Assembly: GCA_950097015.1 (NCBI GenBank)
Contig: CATNEN010000001.1
Span: forward strand, 2,852,001 to 2,916,000
Direction of reading: 5' to 3'
Source: Macrostomum hystrix
Taxonomy: Eukaryota; Animalia; Platyhelminthes
Length of the DNA: 64,000 bases
Part shown: positions 1 through 9,437 of the stretch, one piece after another
Position numbering within the stretch: position 1 is the first letter of the stretch
Layout: every line of letters begins with the position of its first letter
Position numbers and translations under genes: made by a program
Notes under the pieces: generated by a model
What the model saw: only the letters and a program-made list of their open reading frames with translations
Database searches by the model: none
Told to the model about the DNA's origin: nothing

Positions 1-1070
1 AATCCCTAGTTTCCCTCCCACTAATTGCCGCCAAACCTAAAGTGTTAGTCCCTTAGGAGTAATAATTACGAAACCGCTGCGCGGGTTACTTATCTGGATG
101 CTGATTCGGCCGCGTGCTGCAATCCTGTAGCTCTCGGGGAAGGGATAGGGCAAAACAGCAAGGCAGAGAAGGGGGAAACTGCTGCGAGTTGGCAGGGGCC
201 AACACACGGGGAGCACAGTGGCTCAATTTAGAGCTCACCTAAAGAGGTGGCTTGCGCTTAGGGGATGAGGAGCAGGCAATGAGCCTGTGAGCGCTTGTTT
301 GAGCTTATAGCTCTGGGGTCTAAGCCCTAAGTGGATGTGGGAAAAGTGCCTTAGGTCCGGTGGGAGTCCGGTAAGGCAAGGTAAGGCTCCCGGAAGGTTC
401 CGGTAGGGAAAAGGGGTAGGTAAAAAGGTGGGGAGAAGGTTGGTAGGGCGGTCGGTTAAGGAAAAAGGTTCAGGAAAAAGGTTGGAAGGTAGGTTCGCCG
501 GTTCCTAGGGGCAGCGCAGCGCGCTTTCTTAAATAGTCCTGCAGCACGCCAACCCCGACATCCATCAAAATAACCCACATTCGCGCCAGCCTTTCAACGA
601 GGAATCGAAGCGGCGATGGCCACCCCGATTACCCAATGAACCAGCGGCGAGAAACGACAGATGCTCCTTCACGAGCAGCCGCCGACAGTCGGCCAATAAT
701 TGTTACTCCGCCAGGACAATGGGAAGCGCAGGCGCCGACCTGCCTACAGTGACATTTACACGTATCTAAAAGAGGAGGTCATAAAGTCGAGCTGGGCTCG
801 AATACTGTAAAGAAGTGGGGACATGAAGAATTAATGATCACTCATAATGCCCGAGTGATTCCCGATATCTGATCGCGGTTTGGAGGAGAATTATGACCTA
901 AACTACTCATACAATAAAAGCTATAGCCGCGATCAGTCATTCCTACAGGGGTCTAGACAGATCCAGGGAAAAGGGATTCGACGGCTACTTAATTCACCGC
1001 CGCCCAAAACCCGGCCCTAAGATTAATGATCTTGTTTGTGGCCAGCTGCTAGGTGGGTCGCGATTATTAG
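1..1070 (+). ncRNA. Putative large structured RNA, copy 1 (unknown class)
   Basis: Homologous to 3210-4211 and (from 657) to 8911-9324. Helices include 112-121/540-549, 15-21/360-366, 603-607/626-630, 745-750/804-809, 776-784/891-899 and 869-878/927-936, with compensatory and G.U-consistent changes between copies. Confidence 0.55.
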
Positions 1071-1517
1071 GTGGGTCGTAAGTCGCGATGCTTACTTACG
1101 TGTGAAGTGCGTAAGCATCACCTAAATCGCTACAATACTTGTTTGTCCGGAGTACATTGGCCCAGCAGCAACCTGGAGAAGAAAGGTGAGTTATTGCTTC
1201 TACTCGGCCTCCCAAGGCCGGTTATGAAAGGTTAATTGCGAGGGTTATGTCATAATAATTAGGATAACTAGAGTCCCCCTTACCCACGGCACGCCATTTA
1301 TCCCGAGAATCTGAAATTGACCCCGACCCGAAACTGCGAAAAAAAACCCTTCCTGAGTTAGTGATTGATTAAATTGAAAGTTATTTAGTTTGCGATTGCC
1401 ACCACTATTCTTCCACTACCTAATCGGACTACACCACCCTTCGCTTTCAGCAGCTATCTGCCCGGTCCCTATGAGCCAGAGCCTCGGCACCGGACAGCGT
1501 CGGGCGGCCCCATCGCC

Positions 1518-1789
1518 ATGTCATTTGTGATGAGTAAGTTGACATTGAAGAGCCTACATTCCCTCCCAACCTGGGTACCACCCTCGAGACTTCCACCTGC
1601 AAACCGCCACTGCGCCTTACTAGACTACTCATCCACCTTACTCTTGCAGACATTAACGTGCCCGAAGGCCGTGAGGCCGATTTGGCGGCCATCGTGTCCG
1701 GGTTTATTAGGGGCCCGCTGGGCATGGCCCTGGCCGCCGGAATAGCATTCGCTGCCATCACGCTCCTGGTGCTGATTATTCTTCTGTGA
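1518..1789 (+). CDS. Putative spliced 51-aa hydrophobic peptide (exons 1518-1533, 1650-1789)
   Basis: GCCATG start, GTAAGT donor at 1534 and CTCTTGCAG acceptor at 1649 join in frame to give MSFVMNINVPEGREADLAAIVSGFIRGPLGMALAAGIAFAAITLLVLIILL*. An upstream intron spans 1186-1450 and AATAAA lies at 1870. Confidence 0.45.
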
Positions 1790-3209
1790 CGACTACCATG
1801 ATTACCTACTGACTTGCTATTCCGCACCTAACTGTATGCATTTCCGCCATTGTGCCATGTGGCAATACAAATAAAACCGTCACCATTTGAAACGTAAACG
1901 AGAATTCGCTATCTGTGTCCGACTTCCTTTCGTAGATGAAACATTATTGCTCAAATTGAAATAGCTGCGGGTTTGCAATCCGATGATCTGTCCTCGTGAA
2001 GGAAAGGAGTGTGGGGATGGCGATAGAGTCGGAAGTCATACCGCAAAGGCTCGCGAATTGCCGCGGGAAGAGGGATGAAGGGAGAGATGAAGGGAGAGAC
2101 AGTGGATGCAGGGAGTGGTCCTCTCGGCCTCAGGCTGGCCAGTCCCACTCAACCCATAGGCCACAGGCATGACTGCCGTGCCTACCCCAAGCAGTGCTCG
2201 AAACCGGCTAAAAGTCTAAATAGATGTCGGACTACCCGCAGACGGATAGGACAGGGCTATGCAGCCTACTGTCATCAGTAGCATGTTCGTAACTGACCCC
2301 TAAACTCGGTAGCAGTGGTCGACTCGGCCTAGGCTCTTGTCTTAGAAATGCGGAAAGGCTATCGGCAAAGCGGAAAATGATCTAGGGTAGCGCCACCACC
2401 CAATGCGCCTACGTGGCCACCGCAGACATTTGGGAACTTGGGTCCCCGGAGCTCGCGGCTCCTAGTTTGTCACACAGATCTTAGACAAGCCGAAAAAATA
2501 GAGCCTTCTGTAACTTCCGTTTTAGACTAGGGTGAAGACCCCAGAATGGATCGAGACACGCCTCACCAGGGGATTCCTGAATTTGCGCTACAGTGGTCTA
2601 GAAAGGTGGTACTCCGAACCCGAAAGAGAAATCCATAGCCAGAATCCTACTCATGGGACATCAGACACATTCGGTACATTAGACTGCAGCCTACACATTA
2701 GATAACTAGCAATCCGAGTCTGTGTGAGTTGAGGAAAACAGAGGCAGGAGAGATTAAGCTGAACACTGGCTGAGTGATTATGCGAGCGTAAGATTAAAAG
2801 ATCATCACCCCCCACTTCCCTGGCGGTGGAAGCGAGAGGGGGAACGGAAGGGAAACTCAATTGGCAGGGGAGCTTGACACGCATTCCCAGTTCCGCCAGG
2901 AAACGGGGAAAACCCGCCAGGGAATTCCCCACCCCTGGGCAGAAAGACAACACGTGCTACACTCCGCATTTTACTTGCAAATCCCTAGCTCCCTATTGCT
3001 CTCATGCGCGCTTACAATTGCCTTCCTGCCGCAGCTTTCAGCTCGGCTGTGCCAGAGCCCACCCCCTAGGCGATTAGCCACTCATGACCGAGGGCTGTCT
3101 ATTGATAAAATAAAGGTAAAAAGGAGACATAATAAAAGAAGTTAAGTTGTTATAAAGTTAAGCCCAATAAGTTAAAGGTGCTTAGAATGGGTAGTTTATT
3201 AGGCGAAAC

Positions 3210-4280
3210 AATCCCTAGCTTCCCTCCCACTAAAATGCCGCCTAACTAATAGAAAGCCCCTTAGGAGCAATAATTGCAAACCGCTGCGCGGATTACTTAT
3301 CTGGAGTCGCTTCGGCCGCGTGCTGCAATCCCGTTGTTCTCGGGGAAGAGGATGGGGTAAGATAGCAAACGCCGGGAAGGGAAAGATGCTGCGAGTCGGC
3401 AAGGGGGCCAACACGCTTGGAGCTCAAGGCTCAATTTAACAGCTCACCTAAAGAGGTGGCTCGCGCTCAGGGGGAATGGGGACAGGCAATGGGCCTGCGC
3501 TAGCTGTGGAGCTATGAGCTCTAGGGTCTATGCCCTAAATGGGTCTGGGGGATGAGTCCTGGGTCCGGTGGGAGTCCGGCCCGGCAAAAGTAAGTCCGGC
3601 AGGGGAGAAGGGGAAGAGCCGGTGGGAGAAAAGAGGTCCTAGAGGGAGCAGCGCAGCGCGCTTGCTTAAATAGGCCTTGCAGCACGCCAACCCCGACATC
3701 CATCAAAACAACCCACATTCGCGCCAGCCTGTCATCGAGGAATTGAAGCGGCGATTGCCGCCCCAATTGCCCAATGAACCGGCGGCGGGAAACGACAGAT
3801 GTTCTGCGCGAACAGCCGTCGGCAGTCAGCCAGCGATTGTTACTCCGCCGGGACAATGGAAGCGCAGGCGCCGACCTGCCTACAGTGATATTTACATGTA
3901 TCTAAAGGAAGGAGGTCATAAAAGTCGAGCTGGGCTCGAATACTGTAAAGAAGCGGGGACATGAAGAATTTTATGATCACTCATAACGCGTGAGTGAGCC
4001 CCTATATCTGATCGCGGTTTGGAGGGGAATTATGACCTAAACTAGTTCATACAGTAACATTATGGCCGCGATCAGTCATTCCTACGGGGAGTCTAGACAA
4101 CTCCGGAGAGAGAGGATTCGACAGCTACTTGATTCACCGCCGCCTCAAACCCGGCCCTAAGATTAATGATCTTGTTTTGTGGCCAGCTGCTATGTGGGTC
4201 GCAATTATTAGTTACTTAAAAATTTGAAAAATTATGCTGGCTCACATTCCCACTCGATTCCCGCAGCACACTCCACATCA
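3210..4280 (+). repeat. Diverged copy 2 of the structured repeat, plus the LTR-like terminus (4212-4280)
   Basis: Aligns block by block to 1-1070. 4212-4280 is almost identical to 9325-9393. Confidence 0.9.
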
Positions 4281-4613
4281 AAATTTTATAACTGCCTAGC
4301 AACCAAAAAAAAAGTGAATTTTTAGACCGCTAACAATTTTTTTCGACCCGTCTGGAGACCTTTCTGCACGATTTATTACTATTCTATTCCCCCAGATGCC
4401 TAGAGTTGAATGCCCAGCTGCTGTCTTCTGGCGTCCCAAATAATAATTTTTTTCTGTCCCTCCTAGTCCTAGCAAAAGGAAACTTATCATTCAGATCTGT
4501 CATTCATTGAAACAGCCAGATTGTTTCCCATAGAATTTGAATACCTAACCCTACCGGCCTCTTGATTTACAACCGCCCACTCTTTAAACAAATATTAGAA
4601 AAACTCCCGAAAC

Positions 4614-5232
4614 ATACCACCCCGCTCACTTTAGCGGGTTGGTATTCCCCCTAAGATAGAAACGGGTATAACTAAACTCCCGAAAACCAAGCACAATGAA
4701 CATGTGAGATAAGCAGATCACGAAAATGTAGGTGCGAACCCTAGTTTGCGGCAATTATCAAGAGAAATCTCATGCGAAAATTCTTACAAAGGGGAATTTC
4801 ACCCCACTAAGTATGTTTTTGGGTTTTGATTAGTTTATATAGATTTTTAAGAGGTTTTGGCGCCGAGATGGCCTTTTTTTTATTTGAAGCTGCCCTCCCC
4901 CCTTAAAGAATTATGGAATTTCCCGGTGTATACCACCCCGCTCTCTTTAGCGGGTTGGTGTCCCTCCTAAATTAGAATTTATCCTAGCCTGAGTTCCCAC
5001 AGACCCACTAGAGGCAGAAGATAAAAAAGGTGCCATTCACGAAACAGTGCAAATAAGGTTATAGGCGTTTACGAAAGAGAAGGTGCAAACCCTAATATGC
5101 TGCAGTTATCAAACAATCTCATGTGAAACTCATGTGATACGAGGGGGATTTCACCCCATTAAATATGTTTTTGTGATTTTTTTGGCTAGATTGTAATAGT
5201 TTTTAAGTGGATTTTTTGGCGCCAAGATGGCT
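4614..5232. repeat. Diverged tandem duplication of a ~260-300 bp module (4614-4872, 4930-5231)
   Basis: Shared blocks ATACCACCCCGCTCWCTTTAGCGGGTTGGT, AATCTCATGYGAAA, GGGGA(A)TTTCACCCCA and TTTTGGCGCCRAGATGGC. Confidence 0.85.
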
Positions 5233-5409
5233 TTAGATGAAAAAAGGAAATCACAACGATGCGAGGAAGAAGGTGCTCGGTGCGAAACGTTACTAAAAGG
5301 GAGTTAGGGAGTGGGTCCAGGGATAGGAAGGATGAAGGCACGTAGGAGTCTTACTTATGCTGTCCGCGGACACCCTCTCTTTGTCCAAGCCTTGAGCCCT
5401 CCCACCTAC

Positions 5410-5991
5410 CTACTCTTCCTTAATGGCCGTACTCTCTGCTAACACCCCGCTTTCGTATTCTCCTTCCACCTGTCTCACCATTTGGCCCAGCGTGTAGTCC
5501 CCTGGCGGTGTCTCTTCGGCAGGGCCGTCCTCGGACAACTCGCGCCACCAGGGTGCGTGGCCCGGGCCATGCACCGTCCGTAGGGCATTCTCGTTGCCTC
5601 CTACCATCCGCACCACCAGCTGATGTTCTAGCTCTGCCTCGCCGGGAATCCGCGCGGCCTGTAGCCATGAAACAAGCTCCCTTGGCACCGACATGGCCCA
5701 GTCCGCAGGCGGGCTGTAGGCAGGCCACCGCAGGTTCCACGGCAGCGTAGCCTCGTCCTCTTCCTTCGGCGGGAGGGGGTCTCGCTCCTCGCACCACGCT
5801 TGTGCCAGCCACCGGGCTTCGGCCACCCGGCATGCGAGGGCGAGATCCGTGCCAGCCTGAGCTGCGCGACCCAGGGTGGGGAGCAGCCACAGGCGGATTA
5901 CGAGCCATGTCCTTTTGTTGGCCAGCTCCCGCCGATAGTCAGTCGCAGCCGCTTCCATCCACCAGGCTACTACAGCTCCCATTCCGGCCAT
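5410..5991 (-). CDS. Orphan Trp-rich ORF (~193 aa from the first ATG) downstream of the protease
   Basis: Open frame 5410-6042 preceded on the minus strand by a ~50-nt polypyrimidine tract (6110-6061) and a TTTAG acceptor near 6055. No motif recognised. Confidence 0.5.
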   Translation of the reverse strand: MAGMGAVVAWWMEAAATDYRRELANKRTWLVIRLWLLPTLGRAAQAGTDLALACRVAEARWLAQAWCEERDPLPPKEEDEATLPWNLRWPAYSPPADWAMSVPRELVSWLQAARIPGEAELEHQLVVRMVGGNENALRTVHGPGHAPWWRELSEDGPAEETPPGDYTLGQMVRQVEGEYESGVLAESTAIKEE

Positions 5992-6135
5992 TTCTACTAG
6001 ACGTGAATTAACTCTCTGCTCTTCGAAACCACCATTCCGCACCCTCGCCTAAGCCTAAATAAAGGGAAAAGGGGGAGAAAGGGGAGAAGGGAAAAAGGAG
6101 GGGGGTTGGGGCATTCTGCCTTGGAAAGCCAGGAC

Positions 6136-6783
6136 CTAGCGGACAGCCTTCCGCCTGAGCGAAAACGGGAGAAATTGGCGGTAAATGATTAGTTGGCGCG
6201 AGTCAAAGTCGAGGATGGCATGATGATGAGCCAACCAGGAGGCGCCGAGGAGGGGAGAGCAGTCGCCCTCGACCACCAGGAACAGCGTGTCCAGCGCTTC
6301 GGCGCCAACCTGTAATTTGACTTTGACCTGCGCCCGTGCAATAATAGGGGTGCCATTATACGCAATCAGAGAGAATTGAGGGGGTTCGAATTGACAGTGA
6401 TGGAAAATTGGTGACAGCGAGTCCGGGACCACATTAACCATAGACCCCGTGTCGATGAGGAGGTCTAGGGGCGCCCCTTCCACCTCCAAGGCGACCCACA
6501 CCTCACTAAGCTGCTCAGAGCGATTGGGGCGGGTTCGCACTCGGGTGGGGACTCGGCCGAGTGAATTCACTCGGACTTCTCGTTGGGCGGAGGCAGCGGG
6601 TGCCGCCGCTCCGATTGTCGGGCCGCTGGCTGGGTCGCGGAGCCGCTGGCCTGCCTCCAATTGGAGGCAATGGCCTGCTGGCCCGCTGGCCTGCCTCCTG
6701 CCTCCCGTTTCCCATCGCCTGCTCTGCACCAGCCTCCCTAGCAGCTCCCTTCTCCGCGCGCTTTGGGTGCCATTGATGCCCAT
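6136..6783 (-). CDS. Retropepsin-like aspartic protease
   Basis: LLIDTGS catalytic motif, LIAYNG flap-like segment and PLLGASWL. Stops right after the domain. Frame is +1 relative to gag. Confidence 0.9.
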   Translation of the reverse strand: MGINGTQSARRRELLGRLVQSRRWETGGRRQASGPAGHCLQLEAGQRLRDPASGPTIGAAAPAASAQREVRVNSLGRVPTRVRTRPNRSEQLSEVWVALEVEGAPLDLLIDTGSMVNVVPDSLSPIFHHCQFEPPQFSLIAYNGTPIIARAQVKVKLQVGAEALDTLFLVVEGDCSPLLGASWLAHHHAILDFDSRQLIIYRQFLPFSLRRKAVR

Positions 6784-7654
6784 TCGGATGCGGGCAGAGA
6801 GGGGGAATGGGGTTAGGTCGGACTTCTAGCAGCTGCTGAGCAATCTCGGCTAGCTGTTGGGTCACTCTAGCCAACTCTTCTGTGAGCTGGTGCGGCTGCC
6901 CTGGCTGGCTCTGTTCTTCCTCAGGTTCTGCCCTAACTTGGCGCACCCGTCGGCGAGGGTCGCGCTCAGCGTCCATCTCGAAGGCCTGCGTGGCGGCTCG
7001 CAGTTCGGCTGTAGCATCCTCGGCCGTGGCGAATTCCAGTCTCATGACCGGCGCCAGGACCTCCGGGGCGACTACGATTCCCTCCATAAAGGAAGCCAAA
7101 AGGGCCCGCTCAAAGTGCACGCCGCGGCCATTAGGGGTGGCCTGCAGAGCGGCGGTTCTCAGTCGGTCCGCGAAGGAGGTGTAAGTCTCCCCACGCTCCT
7201 GCTTCAAGTTTCGCCCACTCAGGAGCCGGGCGTAAGGGGTGCAGGCACCACTGAGGCTCTCGGTCAGGTCCTGCACAAACCCTGCATAGGTTCCACCGCG
7301 GGGCAGACCCATCGCCTCGGTGAGGGGTTCGCCACCCAAATGGGCCAAAAGGGTAAGGATCTTTTCTGCATCCGCCTCCAGGCCCTCCGCTTCCAACTTC
7401 AGGTCGAAACGGCGCAGCCAGAGGGGGAACGAATCCTTTCGGGATTCGTAGGGTTCAATGGCGACTTTAACCCGATGATTCCGGGGTCGCCGCAGGTCGA
7501 TGCGCTCTAAAAGTAGCGCCAAACGCTCTAAGGGGTCGGCGTGCTGAGCTGCAGCAGCCGCTGGGGGTTCGGCGCGCGCCGCTGCTGCGGCGCGGCCTCT
7601 TGGTGGGCGGCTTGTTCCAACCACCTCCACCACCTCATCCTCCTGGTCGGACAT
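6515..7654 (-). CDS. gag: Ty3/gypsy-type Gag (capsid)
   Basis: FPLWLRRF and the major-homology-region-like LKQERGETYTSFADRL. No CCHC knuckle visible. Confidence 0.85.
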   Translation of the reverse strand: MSDQEDEVVEVVGTSRPPRGRAAAAARAEPPAAAAAQHADPLERLALLLERIDLRRPRNHRVKVAIEPYESRKDSFPLWLRRFDLKLEAEGLEADAEKILTLLAHLGGEPLTEAMGLPRGGTYAGFVQDLTESLSGACTPYARLLSGRNLKQERGETYTSFADRLRTAALQATPNGRGVHFERALLASFMEGIVVAPEVLAPVMRLEFATAEDATAELRAATQAFEMDAERDPRRRVRQVRAEPEEEQSQPGQPHQLTEELARVTQQLAEIAQQLLEVRPNPIPPLCPHPNGHQWHPKRAEKGAAREAGAEQAMGNGRQEAGQRASRPLPPIGGRPAAPRPSQRPDNRSGGTRCLRPTRSPSEFTRPSPHPSANPPQSL

Positions 7655-8139
7655 TTTCGGCCAAAAGAGCGAATGAGGATTTTGCGAATTGAAGGGGGGG
7701 TTTTGTCGCTACTGCAACAATGGGGGAGAGAAGGATGGGGGTTGAGCAGTGCTCTGCGCACGACCAGGGGCCGTGGGAAATAGATAAAGAAAAAGAAGCG
7801 GGCCCGGCTGACTTACGTCACCCGACCTAAACAAATGATCAAGGAGAAAACCCCGGCCTAAAATAATCACTGCGATGCAGTGGCCGAAAAGCGAACAAAG
7901 AAAAGAATGAGGGAGAAAAGGGTCTGGGGCCCTGGCTAGCTTTTGCTTCCAGCCAATACCTGCTTGCGCGCACTCAAGTTTGGGACATAGAAGTCTAGGT
8001 TTTAACTTAGCACTCATTCTGCAACCCCATAGCGAACTGTTACACTATAGGTACGGCGGGGTCAGTGCTACTGCGGGCTCGCGCCTGCGGCAGCCCATCA
8101 CCCTACCTTGGAAAGCACACGCCTCTATAAGATACTCAG

Positions 8140-8575
8140 AGAAAAGACAATCCCCGACTCGCTCAGAGAGTCATCGATTCCCGGCTGCATTGCCGGGGGC
8201 CCCCCTCGCGATTTACGAGACTGGGAAGCCCAGGGGGGATATACCTGGGATCTCGCTCGGATAAGGGTCCATGGCTAAAGCCTGGTTGCCCCGTTTAGAA
8301 TACCCTTCAGAGAATTTCTTAGAAAGACGTGCTGACCGAATTCTAGCCCATACTTGAAGTAGGCAGCTTCGAGAGGCGGGCACGGGTGCTGCTAGGCTCC
8401 CTCAAAGTCCCACCTCCCTAACTGTTCCCCACCTAAGTTAGACTTGGTCAAAGCTACGTGGCACTTTCAGAATCAGATACATGTAAGCAGGCCCTGCGTG
8501 CTGCCCAAGAGAACCAATCCCCGGTGCTCGGCGAGTCATCGATTCCCGGCTGCATTGCCGGGGGCTCCCCTCGCT
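8140..8575. repeat. Duplicated ~65-bp hairpin motif in the gag leader
   Basis: GAGTCATCGATTCCCGGCTGCATTGCCGGGGGC occurs at ~8168-8200 and ~8533-8565. Confidence 0.9.
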
Positions 8576-8910
8576 CGGTTAGAAGGCCGAAAGGCGTTGC
8601 CCGGTCCCTCGTTAAGAAAGGCCCCTCCCAGAATAGTCACGCGGGAAACCCCAAAGACAGTCCCTGACTCCTGCAGCAGCCACATAACCCGAAGACACTC
8701 TAGCATGAAGTCCGCTCACACAGCCTACTCATAGTAGAAAGTCACTAATCAGAATTTTGGAAATTCTAACAAGAACTAAATTACATTGAGATCAAATCGT
8801 AACTGTTCGGAAATTAATTGACAGTCACTAGAACTGAGATTCACTATTTAGAGATAAGATTTCGGCATACGGAAAATGAAATCTAGAAGGAGCCCTTTCG
8901 GCTAGCTACC

Positions 8911-9393
8911 ACAGATGCTCCTCGAGAGCAGCCGCCGGCAGACGGCCAATAATTGTTACTCCGCCAGGACAATGGGAAGCGCAGGCGCCGACCTGCCTAC
9001 AGTGACATTTACATGTATCTAAAGGAGGGAGGTCATAAAGTCGAGGTGGGCTCGAATACTGTAAAGAAGTGGGGACATGAAGGATTAATGATCACTCATA
9101 ATGCCCGAGTGATTCCCGATATCTGATCGCGGTTTGGAGGAGAATTATGACCTAAACTACTCATACAATAAAAGCTATAGCCGCGATCAGTCATTCCTAC
9201 AGGGGTCTAGACAGATCCAGGGAGAAGGGATTCGACGGCTACTTAATTCACCGCCGCCCAAAACCCGGCCCTAAGATTAATGATCTTGTTTGCGGCCAGC
9301 TGCTATGTGGGTCGCAATTATTAGATACTTAAAAATTTGAAAAATTATGCTGGCTCACACTCCCACTCGATTCCCGCAGCACACTCCACATCA
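8911..9393 (-). repeat. LTR-like terminal repeat (partial copy 3 of the structured repeat)
   Basis: 8911-9324 is near-identical to 657-1070, and 9325-9393 is near-identical to 4212-4280. Confidence 0.85.
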
Positions 9394-9437
9394 CTACATA
9401 CTATACTACTGCTGTACTATTTCTCATTCATACGCAG

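Larger units (their letters stand above)
1..9393 (-). mobile_element. Ty3/gypsy-derived, apparently non-autonomous gag-protease element (left end runs off the window)
   Basis: gag and retropepsin ORFs are on the minus strand. The repeat 8911-9393 starts TGATGT on the minus strand, and the same end recurs at 4280. TGGTAGC at 8911-8905 (minus) is PBS-like, but matches only 7 nt of the initiator tRNA-Met 3' end. No RT, RNase H or integrase motifs seen. Confidence 0.75.

Noticed and set aside
350-1021. RNase P-like motifs (GAGTCCGG ... AAAACCCGGC), or hammerhead, HDV-like, group I or group II ribozyme cores in the structured repeat
   Set aside because: Only short partial matches; no complete set of conserved core elements could be placed by eye. 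Left unassigned pending a covariance-model search.
1020-1060. TGATCTTGTTTGT resembling the start of a dicistrovirus IGR IRES
   Set aside because: The downstream conserved stem-loops and pseudoknots of that IRES class were not found.
6449-7783. Plus-strand ORFs opposite gag/protease
   Set aside because: Shadow frames in GC-rich coding DNA with no motifs.
8900-8914. Resemblance of GGCTAGCTACCACAG to the 10-23 DNAzyme core
   Set aside because: Imperfect match to an artificial sequence; chance, and it overlaps the PBS-like site.
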